Shown: positions 43,201 to 53,180, counted from the stretch's first letter. The stretch: 64,000 nucleotides of DNA from a bacterium (GCA_963663405.2 CAXXSM010000070.1:1-64000); one strand, 5' to 3'. Program-made: numbers and translations. The notes: generated from the sequence alone by a model not told the origin.

Positions 43201-45065
43201 ATGTGATTGCGATCCAGCTGATCAATCAGTACATTGATCAAAGTTCGGATTGTTTTATCGATCTTCGATTGGTGAGTGAGACGGGGGATTCGCAGGAGAC
43301 ACCTTCGGATGAATCGTTTCGGCTGTTTACGGAACCGGGTAAATACGAAATCATCGCGGCGTGGGAATCGGATGAACTCGCCACTTTTGAATCCAGTATT
43401 ACGATTCCCGCGAGCGCTGTCACCGTGGGCCGTACGTACCGTGTGCGCGCGCGGATGAAGGATACCAGCGGCCGGTGGAGTCATTGGTCGGCGCCCGCCC
43501 AGTTTATCGCGCAAGAATCGGCTAACAGTCTCGCCTTGTTGGATTTTTTACGAATCACAGAAGTGATGTATAATCCTGCCGGCGATTCAGAGTTTGAATA
43601 TATAGAATTGCATAATACCCACTCTTCGCAAATGCTCTCCCTGGGGGGATTGTCGTTTACGGAAGGGATTACCTATACGTTTCCAGAAGGCGTGGAACTA
43701 TCACCTGGAGGATATTTGTTGGTTGTCAGCGCCGGGACGGCAAGTGAGCGAGCCGCGTTTCGCGCGCATTACGGCCTCAGTGAGGAGGTAATGTTAATTG
43801 GACCGTATTCGGGCAAGCTTGCAAACGGGGGAGAGCGTCTTACTTTACGGCGGAGCGCGGAAGGGCCGGAGATCGTCCAATTTTCATTCAGTGATGGCCG
43901 GGGGTGGCCGCTTGCGTCTGATGGGGCGGGGCATTCTCTGGCGCCGTTGGATACCGCCATCGCTGGAGAGCGGGACGGTTCGCTTGAATATGGAGGAAAT
44001 TGGCGGGCCAGCGCTGTCATTGGAGGCTCGCCTGGACGATCCAACCCGGTTCCGATTCAGAATGTTGTATTGAATGAATTTATGGCGAATACGAGTGGAG
44101 AGGGAAGGGAATCGAACGATTGGATTGAACTGTTTAACCTGGCTTCTACGAGTGTTCACCTGGGGGATTGGTATATCAGCGATGATCCGAATGAACTTAG
44201 AAAGTGGAATCTTCCTGCGATGGATATCGAGGGATTGGGGCGCGTCAGTTTTGATGAGAACGCCGGTTTTAACAATCCTCCAGGCAGCGGATTCGGTTTA
44301 AGCAGGGAAGGGGAAGTCTTACTGCTTTCCTACCTGCCGGGTGTGGCGGGTGTGGACCGGGTTGTTGACGCGGTCCGGTTTAAAGCGCAGGAAGCGGATT
44401 TATCGCTAGGCCGGGATGGAGATGGGGGGGATTATTGGCGGGCGATGGCGCCTTCACGCGGCGCAACCAATCATACGGGCGCGGCGGTTGTGGTTATCGA
44501 TGAATTGATGTATCACCCTCTTTCGATCGATCACGAATCGGATGATGATTCCATTGGGGAATACATTGAGTTATATAATCCTACGGCCCAACCGGCCGCA
44601 CTCTGGAATGAGAACGGGCCGTGGCGGTTGGATGGTGGAGTGGAGTATCTCTTTCCGGAAGGAGTCATGATTCCAGTGGAAGGGTGTTTGTTGATTGTGA
44701 ATTTCGATCCAACTGATTCCAACGCTCTTACCGCGTTTTTAACCGCGTATCCTCTTGTTCCAGCGGATGCGCCGCTTTTGGGGCCGTATGCGGGAAGATT
44801 ATCCAACCAAGGGGAACGGATCGCTTTGGAAAAACCGTTATTTGTAGATTTCGCCAGCGGTCAGATTGCGTGGGCCATTGTGGATGAGGTGATCTATTTT
44901 CATCAAGCGCCGTGGCCGGTTGAACCGGATGGGGCGGGACAATCATTGCAGCGAATCAACGGATTGAAATCCGGGAATAATCCAAAGGAGTGGACCGCGG
45001 ATGATCCTAGCCCAGGGCAAGCCGGGACGCCAGACACTTCTGTCAATTCATGGATGGTTTATTAA
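40293..45065 (+). CDS. Large secreted lamin-tail-domain (x4) / CotH-kinase family protein with C-terminal VNSWMVY tail
   Basis: Signal peptide; LTD repeats VMINEIHY, LRITEVMY, VVLNEFMA, VVIDELMY, each with ..IEL.N; CotH-like core RARG, KFNFN, GLYLATEQID, GNLYK, KNYY, LPWDID. Confidence 0.85.
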   Translation: MMRIQFFQADLRMGLFVFSSYLLWIIGLAALVVNPVWGQVMINEIHYDPDRATDLVEFVELYNAGEEDVDLSGWSIGDAIAFTFPDSTVLAAGSYLVVAMDRAALISKYTVSSSFVVGPFEGRLDNDGENVELRDGSGSLVDQVDYSLGFPWPTVGEPISENQPGTGFSIQLINPDLDNDLGGSWRSASPTPGTVNSVFVENAPPLIRQVLHTPEEPVSGETVFITAKITDSDGVDRVQLLYQLVDPGDYIHITDGRYQTDWTEIEMRDDGIEGDEIAGDAVYTVALPPSFQVHRRLVRYRITMSDTAGLELTVPYADDPQPNFAYFVYDGVPDWIGAVRPGVTAEETYPSEMLSSLPVYHLITSKEEAENCTWLDQFSHNEYVYTGTIVYGSQVLDHVFFRARGGTWRFAMGKNMWKFNFNRGHTLQARDIYGNKYSVEWDKLNLGACIQQGDYLHRGEQGMFEAVGFRLFNLAGVEAPNTHYIHFRIIDEAHEDGRLNVSHSPLTDSGTQYDGDFWGLYLATEQIDGRFLEEHGMADGNLYKMENGTGELKNQAPTGVSDKSDLNAFMRGYSSRPDEQWWRENVDLKQYYPYRAILEAIHHYDNGYGKNYYYHLDPETQIWTQLPWDIDLTWADNMFGNGNEPFNDAGLLRIEALGIEYQNRLREIRDLLYNPDQTGQLIDEYASLIYTPGELSFVDADRAMWDYHWVMSDEANWAGYKNRYGKSGQGRFYQIAATKDFPGMMKIMKDYVVSRGEWIDTRLIRDSQIPDTPVVTAGSSNDYSLDSLVFETSPFSDPQGADTFAALQWRIAEVEPDAQSWEAPVEEEGDVLILDASTWKYFKGTEEPSNPVSAWRELSFDDSNWMEGQTPIGYGEDFMITQLDDMRYNYSTVYLRKEFEITDLDSIGSLTLQVLFDDGFNLWINGRHVAQANVNEAELPFDAVATHREDLTFADFPLSNPKTYLVEGTNVIAIQLINQYIDQSSDCFIDLRLVSETGDSQETPSDESFRLFTEPGKYEIIAAWESDELATFESSITIPASAVTVGRTYRVRARMKDTSGRWSHWSAPAQFIAQESANSLALLDFLRITEVMYNPAGDSEFEYIELHNTHSSQMLSLGGLSFTEGITYTFPEGVELSPGGYLLVVSAGTASERAAFRAHYGLSEEVMLIGPYSGKLANGGERLTLRRSAEGPEIVQFSFSDGRGWPLASDGAGHSLAPLDTAIAGERDGSLEYGGNWRASAVIGGSPGRSNPVPIQNVVLNEFMANTSGEGRESNDWIELFNLASTSVHLGDWYISDDPNELRKWNLPAMDIEGLGRVSFDENAGFNNPPGSGFGLSREGEVLLLSYLPGVAGVDRVVDAVRFKAQEADLSLGRDGDGGDYWRAMAPSRGATNHTGAAVVVIDELMYHPLSIDHESDDDSIGEYIELYNPTAQPAALWNENGPWRLDGGVEYLFPEGVMIPVEGCLLIVNFDPTDSNALTAFLTAYPLVPADAPLLGPYAGRLSNQGERIALEKPLFVDFASGQIAWAIVDEVIYFHQAPWPVEPDGAGQSLQRINGLKSGNNPKEWTADDPSPGQAGTPDTSVNSWMVY

Positions 45066-45079
45066 TATTTACAAAGTGA

Positions 45080-46558
45080 TCAGGAAGCGCTGATTTCGAG
45101 TATTTTTGGGGAGGGTTTCGCGAGATTAATTTCACGTTTAAGTTCGTGGACCTGATCACTCATGGGATCGATGATGGAGTCTTCGATCGCGTTCAATTCG
45201 ATTTCGATTTCATCAAGGTACGCAAGGGAGATATCGTCTAATGATTGGGATAATTTGTCTAAAATCGATTCCCCTTGCCGGCGGAGACTGCGGAGTTTTT
45301 GAAGGCGTTGATCGATTATCGTTTTGAAGGGTTTTTCAAAGTGAAGGAATTCTCCCTTGCTTTGGTCCGCTTCGACACGATCGAGGACTTTACAATAGAT
45401 CTGGAATTGAATGAGCATGAGTTTAAGTTTTTCCGCCATAAAATCGAGACGCGCTTTGCGGCAATCGTTTAAGAGGGGATCGAGATCTTTGCTTTTCTGC
45501 CTTTGAAATTCAATAATCGCGGCGCTTTCCGCAATTTTGCGTTCGATGATCTCCTCAAGCGACGTGACGGCTTTTACAAGGTAATCGGCCCTCTTGCCAG
45601 CTTCATCTAAATCACTGCGAATGCGCCCCAAATCCTCACCCATCAGACCGCCTTTCGTGAGGTATTCCACCATGTCCTGACAGATTTGGATGCGGGAAGA
45701 GATATCGTTCGAGAGAGAATTTTCCCCCCGGATATTGCGTTGTCTACGCAGGATCTGCGCCGACTGTGTTCGTTTCAAAGCGGATTCAATGATCCAGAAC
45801 GTGCCGGGGATTTGATAGTACCGAATGTTGCATTTCTTGCAGGATTCTTCGATGCGAAGGCGGGTGGAAAGGGGCAGAGCGCTTTCGATTGTGAAAACTA
45901 ATTCAATTTTATAGATGCCTAAAAGGAGTTCAATATCATCAATGAGGTCAATCACCTTGGCGCCGGCGATCCGGCGCCCTCGCCGTTTGTTCGAGGTGTC
46001 CACCACGGCGACGAGTTTATAGGCTTTGCCGCTGAAACGGCCAAGACTTTGGATGGTGAAAATCGTGTCTTCATTGTATCCAACGATCAGAATCGGAATC
46101 GCGTTTGTCAGGTAATCTTTACGGAGCCTGAAATGAGACCAACCCAGGCGGGAGAGAAAAATCATTAGGGATAGAAAGAGAAAATCAACAATTACAACAA
46201 AGAGTAGAAAGAAAATTGTGTATTCTTCGCGCAACAGAAAGCAATATAAAATGAAGAGGGCGATGAGAATGAATAACGAACCGATACCGACGGATTTGAT
46301 GACTTCGACGACTTCATGATGCGGGTGGTGATCGTGTACATGGTTATACGATTTCCGGAGAATAAAAAGAGCGCCGCGGATGAAGCAGATCAGGATTAAT
46401 ATCTGATACTCCGGCACGGGAAAACCGGGAGGGAAGCCGGTTTTTTGAGCGGCGTGCAAGGCCAAAAAAGCAAGGGAAATCGAAAACGCGGAGAGCAAAA
46501 TTTGGACGATGAAAATGCCCGCATGCGATTTGTACGATTCATCAATTCTTTTGTTCAT
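45080..46558 (-). CDS. 4-TM + CoA-binding-like Rossmann + helical domain protein; paralogue of 46704-48731 lacking the PGT domain
   Basis: ILIVGYNEDTIFTIQSL, LVAVVDTS...IAGAKVI, RQRNIRGENSLSND are shared with the upstream gene. Confidence 0.7.
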   Translation of the reverse strand: MNKRIDESYKSHAGIFIVQILLSAFSISLAFLALHAAQKTGFPPGFPVPEYQILILICFIRGALFILRKSYNHVHDHHPHHEVVEVIKSVGIGSLFILIALFILYCFLLREEYTIFFLLFVVIVDFLFLSLMIFLSRLGWSHFRLRKDYLTNAIPILIVGYNEDTIFTIQSLGRFSGKAYKLVAVVDTSNKRRGRRIAGAKVIDLIDDIELLLGIYKIELVFTIESALPLSTRLRIEESCKKCNIRYYQIPGTFWIIESALKRTQSAQILRRQRNIRGENSLSNDISSRIQICQDMVEYLTKGGLMGEDLGRIRSDLDEAGKRADYLVKAVTSLEEIIERKIAESAAIIEFQRQKSKDLDPLLNDCRKARLDFMAEKLKLMLIQFQIYCKVLDRVEADQSKGEFLHFEKPFKTIIDQRLQKLRSLRRQGESILDKLSQSLDDISLAYLDEIEIELNAIEDSIIDPMSDQVHELKREINLAKPSPKILEISAS

Positions 46559-46703
46559 TGTGTACTACATCCTTAATCCATCAGTCCATCTGGCCTGTAT
46601 CCATCCGTTCCAGCATTAAAAGAGAAATTGGAAGAGAACGGAGAGAATCGAGTGGATACAGCGCCTACGCGCTCGTTCTGTTTATTTCGGAGTCATCCAC
46701 TTT

Positions 46704-48731
46704 TTATACGTTGATGAGTTCCTGTTTGAGGTATTCTACGTATTCGCTCATGGGGGCGACGATTGATTCTTCAATCGAGAACAGTTCGTTTTCGATTTCA
46801 TGAATATACGAAAGGGATACATTGTCGAGAGGTTGAGACATTTTATCCATGACGGATTCCCCTTCGTTGCGTAAAACGAGCAGGGTTTGAAGATGTTCCT
46901 CGATTTTCGTTTTTCCGGATTTCTCCAGAAGCAAATATTTTCCCTGGTTGTAACCCCGATTAACGAGATCGATCACTTTGCTGTACAACTGGAATTGTGT
47001 ATGCATCAAGAAGAGTTTTTCGGCCATAAAATCACGCCGGGCTTCCCGGCATTTCGTTAAGATGGGTTCCAAGCGTTTCCGGCGGAGATGGTAGAATTCC
47101 ATTAGAGCGTCGTCTTCCTCAATTTTTTGATCAATGGCGGATTCAAGGGAAGAGACGGTCTTGACGAGATTGGTGGTCCGCTTGTCGGCGATTTCCAGTT
47201 TGTTATAAATCGACAGTAATTCTTCGTTTGATGTGATGTTCGCCGAGAGATATGCGATCAAGTTTTGACAAATACTGATCCGGGCCGCCACATCATTGGA
47301 GAGGGAATTCTCACCGCGGATATTGCGTTGCTTCAATTTATGTAATCTCTTGACCGATTGCATTCTCTTCAAGGCCGATTCAATGATCTGGAATGTGCTG
47401 GGGATCTGGTAGAAGAGAATGTTTAATTGTTGACAGACTTCACCGATTCGCAGCCGGGTAGACAAAGGCAAAGCGCTGTCGATCATGAAAACCAGTTCGA
47501 TTTGATTTTTTTTGAAGAGGTGTTCCAAATCATCAATCAATTCGATGACGGGGACACCCGCGATGTAATGGTCTTTCCGATGGTTGGATGTGTCAACGAC
47601 GGCGATTAATTTATACGCTTTCTTTTTGAAGCGCCGCAGGCTTTGAATTGTGAAAATGGTGTCTTCGTTGCAACCGACGATGAGAATGGGGATATCGTCG
47701 GTGCGGAAGTTTGTTTTTTGCCGGTAATAGTAGAGTAGCCAACGGGCGATGATAATGAAAAAGGACAGATAGACAGAATCAATAAAGGCGGCTAAGAGAA
47801 GAAAGGAAATGAGCTGGCGGTAACAAAGGCAAAACACAGTTAGATAACCGAGTGTACCGAGTCCCACCAAGCCTATTACTTTCCCAATTTCTTGATACGA
47901 GTGATAGTCATGGAGTTGACGCGGCGCTTTCGACAGAATAAACACGGCGCAACGAATCAAGCAGACGAAAAGAAGGAGGAGAATCAGTTGATGGATCTCC
48001 ACCGGTAAAGGGGGCGCCGGTTTCTGGATCGCGTAGAGAGTCAATAGGGCGAGAAAGAAGGAGAGGGCGGTAAGCGCTTCTTTGACGAAGAGATTGCGCA
48101 GATAAATCTTGTAGGATTGAAAGGTTAATTCAGTGGCCGAACCGAAAATCGCCACAAATGCGGCGTGGAACATGATTTTAATGTCTGTCCAAAAGTTGCG
48201 TTCCTTTGTGTACTGAATATCTACATCCAATTTTGTAGGAAGGATGAATTTAATGTAGTAGTTTTCGCTATTGACGCAATCCGGGGGAAACATCTCCGAT
48301 TCATTGCGGTGTTTGATCTGGTTTTTTCCCAACAGGCCGGGTTTGACGGAGAGGACGATCTCCCATTTTTTCGTGTAATACTGGGTGAATTTAGGCACTT
48401 CCGGGCGGGGGCCTACGAGACTCATATCACCCCGCAAGACGTTGATGATCTGGGGCAGTTCATCCAGTTTCGTGCGTTCCAGAAAACGGCCCACTTGGGT
48501 AAGCCGTGGATCGAACCGGCCGGTGAGCATGGGACCCTGTTTGGGAAGTCCTTCCATCATTTTGCGGAATTTCAACAGGGTGAACGGTTTCCCGCCTTTC
48601 CCAATCCGTTTTTGTTTATAAATAATAGGGCCCTTGCTTTCCAATCGTATGGCGACTGCGATTACCAGCGCCAGAGGACTGATCAGGATGATGAAAAGAA
48701 CAGCTATAAAAATTTCAAGGCTTCTAGGCAT
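46704..48731 (-). CDS. Monotopic phosphoglycosyl transferase (Bac_transf) fused to 4-TM, Rossmann-like and helical domains
   Basis: LESKGPIIYKQKRIG..GKPF.LLKFR.M, DPRLT.VGRFL..TKLDELPQ..NVLRGDMSLVGPRPE, PGL.G..Q, D..Y. Confidence 0.85.
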   Translation of the reverse strand: MPRSLEIFIAVLFIILISPLALVIAVAIRLESKGPIIYKQKRIGKGGKPFTLLKFRKMMEGLPKQGPMLTGRFDPRLTQVGRFLERTKLDELPQIINVLRGDMSLVGPRPEVPKFTQYYTKKWEIVLSVKPGLLGKNQIKHRNESEMFPPDCVNSENYYIKFILPTKLDVDIQYTKERNFWTDIKIMFHAAFVAIFGSATELTFQSYKIYLRNLFVKEALTALSFFLALLTLYAIQKPAPPLPVEIHQLILLLLFVCLIRCAVFILSKAPRQLHDYHSYQEIGKVIGLVGLGTLGYLTVFCLCYRQLISFLLLAAFIDSVYLSFFIIIARWLLYYYRQKTNFRTDDIPILIVGCNEDTIFTIQSLRRFKKKAYKLIAVVDTSNHRKDHYIAGVPVIELIDDLEHLFKKNQIELVFMIDSALPLSTRLRIGEVCQQLNILFYQIPSTFQIIESALKRMQSVKRLHKLKQRNIRGENSLSNDVAARISICQNLIAYLSANITSNEELLSIYNKLEIADKRTTNLVKTVSSLESAIDQKIEEDDALMEFYHLRRKRLEPILTKCREARRDFMAEKLFLMHTQFQLYSKVIDLVNRGYNQGKYLLLEKSGKTKIEEHLQTLLVLRNEGESVMDKMSQPLDNVSLSYIHEIENELFSIEESIVAPMSEYVEYLKQELINV

Positions 48732-48919
48732 AATGATTATGATTCTATAACAATGACCTTAAACTCGGTTATTTTGACTGGATGGAAACCTGTTACAAAA
48801 ATGAGTTGGTGCTGATTCAGCGCGACGGTGTTGTTGTATTTACATGATGTTTACCTTGATCCATTCGTGCTATCGAGAATATGCTGGATTGCCAAGTAAA
48901 AGGGATTATGTTCTCAAAA

Positions 48920-51145
48920 TCATGTCATTTCCGGAAGCGCGTTCTCCTGACTGGAAGCGCGCTCGTTCTGAACCGCGAAACCTTGATACGCCATCGCGGC
49001 GTTCATAATCACTGCAGAGACTTGTCCACCTGCGCGGGCGATATGATTCGCGGCTAAAAGCATCTCATCATTTGTTATTTTCCCACTGCGAACAACCATG
49101 AAAGTCGCATCCATCTTGCGAGAGAGGAGAGTGGGGCTTTGGGTTGAAAAGACCGGAGATGTATCGATGAAGATGTAATCAAATTCATTTTTCAGCGTTT
49201 GTAAAATATCATCAAACGTTTGCGAGTTGTAAAATTCGCTGGGCGGCTGATTCCTCACGCCGGCGGGGATATAGTACAAGCCCGGAATGTACGTTTCGGT
49301 TAAAAGGGAATCGAGCGCATGAGGATCTTGGATCACGTCTGTTAAACCGGGTTCGGAAGCGCGTTTAAAGAATTGGTGAAGTGAGGGTTGGTTTAGATCG
49401 CAGTCGAGGATCGCGGTTCTCTTGCCGGTCATCGCGACAGAAGCGGCCAACAAGGCGGTAATCAGGCTTTTGCCTTCTTGTCCGGATGCGCTGGTAAAAA
49501 GAGCGGTTTGCATGGGAGGAAGCGCGTCGGAATATAGGAACCGGGATCGGAGTGAAATAAAAGTTTCTCCAATAGGTGAGGAAGAAGAGAAATCGATATG
49601 TTCTTTTATAGACGCGATCTCTTTGGCTGAGAATAAAGGGATCGAACCGAGAACGGGCAGATCTGTAGTCTGATCAACTGGTGGTGTGGAACCGTTGATT
49701 CCGCCGGACACATATTCAATGAAAAGCGCAATAAGAACTACGATGGCGAAAGAGAACATTAAAAGCAGAGTGATCGTCCGGAACCAGTTTTGGTTTATTG
49801 GCCGAATCGGTGTTTCCGCGTAATCCATGATTTCAAAGGTTTGATTCGGCATTTCTTGCTGTGTTTTTAAAGTGCCTTTCGCGATTTGAAGGGATTTTAA
49901 AAGATTCGATTTTTCCTCAACGAGCTGATCCCAGGTTTGCTCGAGGTCTCGATGTTTATTCCATTGCGCTTTTTTTTCAAAATTGTCTTTTTTTAGTGTT
50001 TCCAATTGCTCCGATACATTCTTCAGATAGACAGCGGATTCCTCATAGGCCTGCTTCGCCTGTGCGACGATTTGGTCCGCTTCCTCGTGAATCGATTGTT
50101 CAACGGTCAGGAGTTCATTCTGCTTTTCGATGTAATCGGGATGATTCTCGAGGTATTTTTCTTTGATCCGGCTCCATTCCAAGAGGATTTCATTCCGGTT
50201 AATACTGAGCGTTTTGATCAGCGGTGAAGATAAGGCGTCTTCTTTCATATGGTTCTTGTCACCCACATGCCCTTCTTCGAAAAGGATTTCATAGCTGGAC
50301 TTCAGCTGGTTGTGGGTATTGTTTGCGGTGACGTATTCTTCCCATAGTTTCTGGTAACAATCTTCATAATCGGAGATCACCTTGTCTTTATCGAGGGAGG
50401 AATAGATCCCCATAGTATTATGTTCTTTTTGAAATGTGAGGAATTCCTTTTCCGCTTGCTCGATATCTTGATCAAGTTTTTTAATTTGTTCTTCTAAGCC
50501 GAGAATGACGTTGCCGGTGTATTGTGTAATTTTATTGGAACTGGAATTAATATAAAATTCCGCATGAGTATTGATGATTTTCGCCGCCAAATCCGGATCG
50601 CCAGCAGTAAATCGAATGGAAATGATTTGCGGGCTTTTCCGGCTGGGGATGACTTCCAATTTTTCTAAATAGATATTGGTTAACTGGGTCAAGCGTTCGT
50701 TGGGATTGGTTGGTTGATTTGACTGCTTGGGCAAGAAAGGTAGTAATCGTTTTAGGATTGATTGCGATTTAGAAAATTCAGGATATGTATCCAAGTGGAG
50801 TGTCGAGATTACTTCTTGCGCGAGTTTGCGGCTTTTCAGTAATTCTTCTTGTGCGCCGTAAAATTCCTGATTGAATACAACTACATCTGTATATCGTTCC
50901 TGTTCGTATGCTTTCTTACGTTCTTCAATTTTGAGAATCACTTCCGCTTGATATAGGGGCGAAATCCAGAGAGCGCCAAAAAATCCGGATACGGTTAATC
51001 CTATGAACAGTAAAAAAGAAAGGACTTTTCGTTTCCACAAAATACTATACAGCCATTTGAAATCAAAACCGATTGTTTCGGTTGACGCTGTGTTATAAGG
51101 TCCCGGATATCGCGCCGATCCAACTCCCGGTGATTCTGGGCTCAT
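48920..51145 (-). CDS. wzc: Wzc-like polysaccharide co-polymerase / BY-kinase
   Basis: Two TMs flanking a periplasmic coiled coil (LLKSR.LA; HPDY), LPVLGSIP, Walker A ASGQEGKS, ILDCDL, IFIDTSP. Confidence 0.88.
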   Translation of the reverse strand: MSPESPGVGSARYPGPYNTASTETIGFDFKWLYSILWKRKVLSFLLFIGLTVSGFFGALWISPLYQAEVILKIEERKKAYEQERYTDVVVFNQEFYGAQEELLKSRKLAQEVISTLHLDTYPEFSKSQSILKRLLPFLPKQSNQPTNPNERLTQLTNIYLEKLEVIPSRKSPQIISIRFTAGDPDLAAKIINTHAEFYINSSSNKITQYTGNVILGLEEQIKKLDQDIEQAEKEFLTFQKEHNTMGIYSSLDKDKVISDYEDCYQKLWEEYVTANNTHNQLKSSYEILFEEGHVGDKNHMKEDALSSPLIKTLSINRNEILLEWSRIKEKYLENHPDYIEKQNELLTVEQSIHEEADQIVAQAKQAYEESAVYLKNVSEQLETLKKDNFEKKAQWNKHRDLEQTWDQLVEEKSNLLKSLQIAKGTLKTQQEMPNQTFEIMDYAETPIRPINQNWFRTITLLLMFSFAIVVLIALFIEYVSGGINGSTPPVDQTTDLPVLGSIPLFSAKEIASIKEHIDFSSSSPIGETFISLRSRFLYSDALPPMQTALFTSASGQEGKSLITALLAASVAMTGKRTAILDCDLNQPSLHQFFKRASEPGLTDVIQDPHALDSLLTETYIPGLYYIPAGVRNQPPSEFYNSQTFDDILQTLKNEFDYIFIDTSPVFSTQSPTLLSRKMDATFMVVRSGKITNDEMLLAANHIARAGGQVSAVIMNAAMAYQGFAVQNERASSQENALPEMT

Positions 51146-51277
51146 GTTTGATTAACCTTTCTTTTGTCATTCCTTGTTTATTGCAAGGACTCGATGTCGA
51201 ATTCAACGATCGTATTTGTGTTTCTTATATACGTGTATTCCGCTGTCTTGTCGTTCAAAAATCATCCACTCAGGGAA

Positions 51278-52471
51278 TTAGTTTGTCGTACGAATCCCGA
51301 CGGAAAAAGGACTTATTTTTTTAATCGTTAGTGGAATATTCAAGAATCCAGCGGATACATCAATGATGTCTCCAGGATAGACCTCTAGATTGTCTCCATG
51401 TTTTTTGATGGTGGTATATTTATAAATCGAACGCACAAGTGTTCCCGTTTCGTTCGGACGGTAGAGATAAATATCATTGCCGGCGTTAAACGATTTATCG
51501 CCAGCGGCGTGAATCGCTTCCAGCAGGGTCATTCCGGGCTTCCAGACGACAGGGCCGGGTTTGCCAACAATCCCCCCCACGAAGACCGTGCCGTCTTGGG
51601 TGAGATAAAGTGTGTCACCGGGTTTGACGATCGCGTTTCGAATCGAGAGATTGTTTTGAAATTGTTGATAGGTGAATGTAATGAGCTGTGGGGAAGCGCT
51701 TGCGACGTCATGACTCCAGAGGAAGGTGTTTCCCGCATCATTGTCGCGTCCACCGGCGATACCGAACGCGTCGGCGATCGTCATACGGCGCGTGATCGGC
51801 ACTCGGCCGGGTTCTCGCACGCCACCGAGTATGTAAAACTCTTCGGCGCGTGGGACCATAATCTGGTCGCCAGGGGCAAGCGTGATATTCGCATTCGCTG
51901 TTGTTTGCTTTTGGTCTGAATTCGTTTCCGTTTCTTCGATAAACAGTGGGCCATTATCCAGTTGTTCCCGATTGATGGAGTGAATTTCACCTGTTTTCCG
52001 TTGGACGTGAATAAACGGTCCAGCTTCAGTGGTTTTAATTCCTCCTTGCCAAGCCAAAACATCGCGCAGGCGTGTACCGGGATAGATCGGAACAACGCCT
52101 GGATTTAGCACAGCCCCATACAATGTGACTACGGCGCTTTTTTGTTCTTGGATTGTGATGGTGACGAATGGATCCCTCACAAAACGTTTTTCTTTCAGCA
52201 GTGTCTCAATATGCAGGGCTAATTCTTCCGCGGTTTTACCAGCCGCGTGAACATGTTTTAAGAGAGGATAAGAAATATCCCCCGATGCGGAAACACGAGT
52301 AGTGAGTGATAAATCGTCATCTTTGAAAACATCAATTCGTAAGAGGTCTCTGGGACCAATTACAGGATCTCCCATTTGTGTGTTGAAGGCGTATGCGTTT
52401 TGCCAAAGCGTCAGCGCGAAAAAAACGGCGCCAATTCGCATAATTTCATGTATGATATTTTGTCTCAGCAT
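51278..52471 (-). CDS. wza: Polysaccharide export protein (Wza/OPX; Poly_export plus SLBB domains)
   Basis: IGPRDLL.I.V, RVSASGDISYPLL..V.AAGKT, P.VTI; three G.V..PG SLBB repeats. Confidence 0.85.
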   Translation of the reverse strand: MLRQNIIHEIMRIGAVFFALTLWQNAYAFNTQMGDPVIGPRDLLRIDVFKDDDLSLTTRVSASGDISYPLLKHVHAAGKTAEELALHIETLLKEKRFVRDPFVTITIQEQKSAVVTLYGAVLNPGVVPIYPGTRLRDVLAWQGGIKTTEAGPFIHVQRKTGEIHSINREQLDNGPLFIEETETNSDQKQTTANANITLAPGDQIMVPRAEEFYILGGVREPGRVPITRRMTIADAFGIAGGRDNDAGNTFLWSHDVASASPQLITFTYQQFQNNLSIRNAIVKPGDTLYLTQDGTVFVGGIVGKPGPVVWKPGMTLLEAIHAAGDKSFNAGNDIYLYRPNETGTLVRSIYKYTTIKKHGDNLEVYPGDIIDVSAGFLNIPLTIKKISPFSVGIRTTN

Positions 52472-53079
52472 TATTCACCTCAAGGTTCTCCATACGATCC
52501 CTTAATGATATTCAAAAAGAACGATGAACGCAACTCCGAGTGAATTAATAATAATCACCATAGTTATACATTATAATTCACTTAAAAGGATCATCTTGTT
52601 AGATTTATAATAAGTTTTTAAATTACTCGGCCACGGCGAAAGCCGAATTTGGCCCCCACTTTCTATTCCTTTGCCACTTAGATTCATTAAACTATAAAAA
52701 TCAGATATAGCGAAATAGCAAAAAGTTGAAAAAAATCTTGTCCATTGATAGAACAATTCTTGAATTTTGCCTTGCATGGGCTTTTTCGCATCCGCATCAG
52801 ATAAAGAGTTTTAACGCAACACGGTTCCCTTCATTTTGAAATGTTTATTATTTCATTATAGTGAATAAGAGTATAAATATTCATTTTTTTTATGTAAGGA
52901 TATACCACCTATTCATGATTATTAATTTAGATATCAACCATCATGATAGAGATCCCAACGTGAAAATGAATTGCGAACGAGCAAGTTTCGGTTACTATAC
53001 TATTCAAAATTGTAGTAGGTCAGTCAAATGAATTGATATCGTAACAATCATCAACAAACAAGGTGTCAAGAAGTTTATT

Positions 53080-53180
53080 CTCCTCCCGTAATACTCCGGC
53101 GCGAGCGCCGGTTATTGGGGGGAGTTAGATGGGGTTGAACGTTAATGGAACAACCCTCTCTTCCCCAGGCTTGGGGGAGA
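53080..53180. repeat. GC-rich palindromic repeat element in the wza-lhgO divergent region
   Basis: CTCCTCCCGTAATA-[CTCCGGCGCGAGCGCCGGT]-TATTGGGGGGAG hairpin, then CTCTTCCCCAGGCTTGGGGGAGA. Confidence 0.55.

Noticed and set aside
52620-52690. c-di-GMP-I riboswitch upstream of wza
   Set aside because: GGCAAA and GAAA words are present on the minus strand, but the stem around the GAAA loop does not pair.
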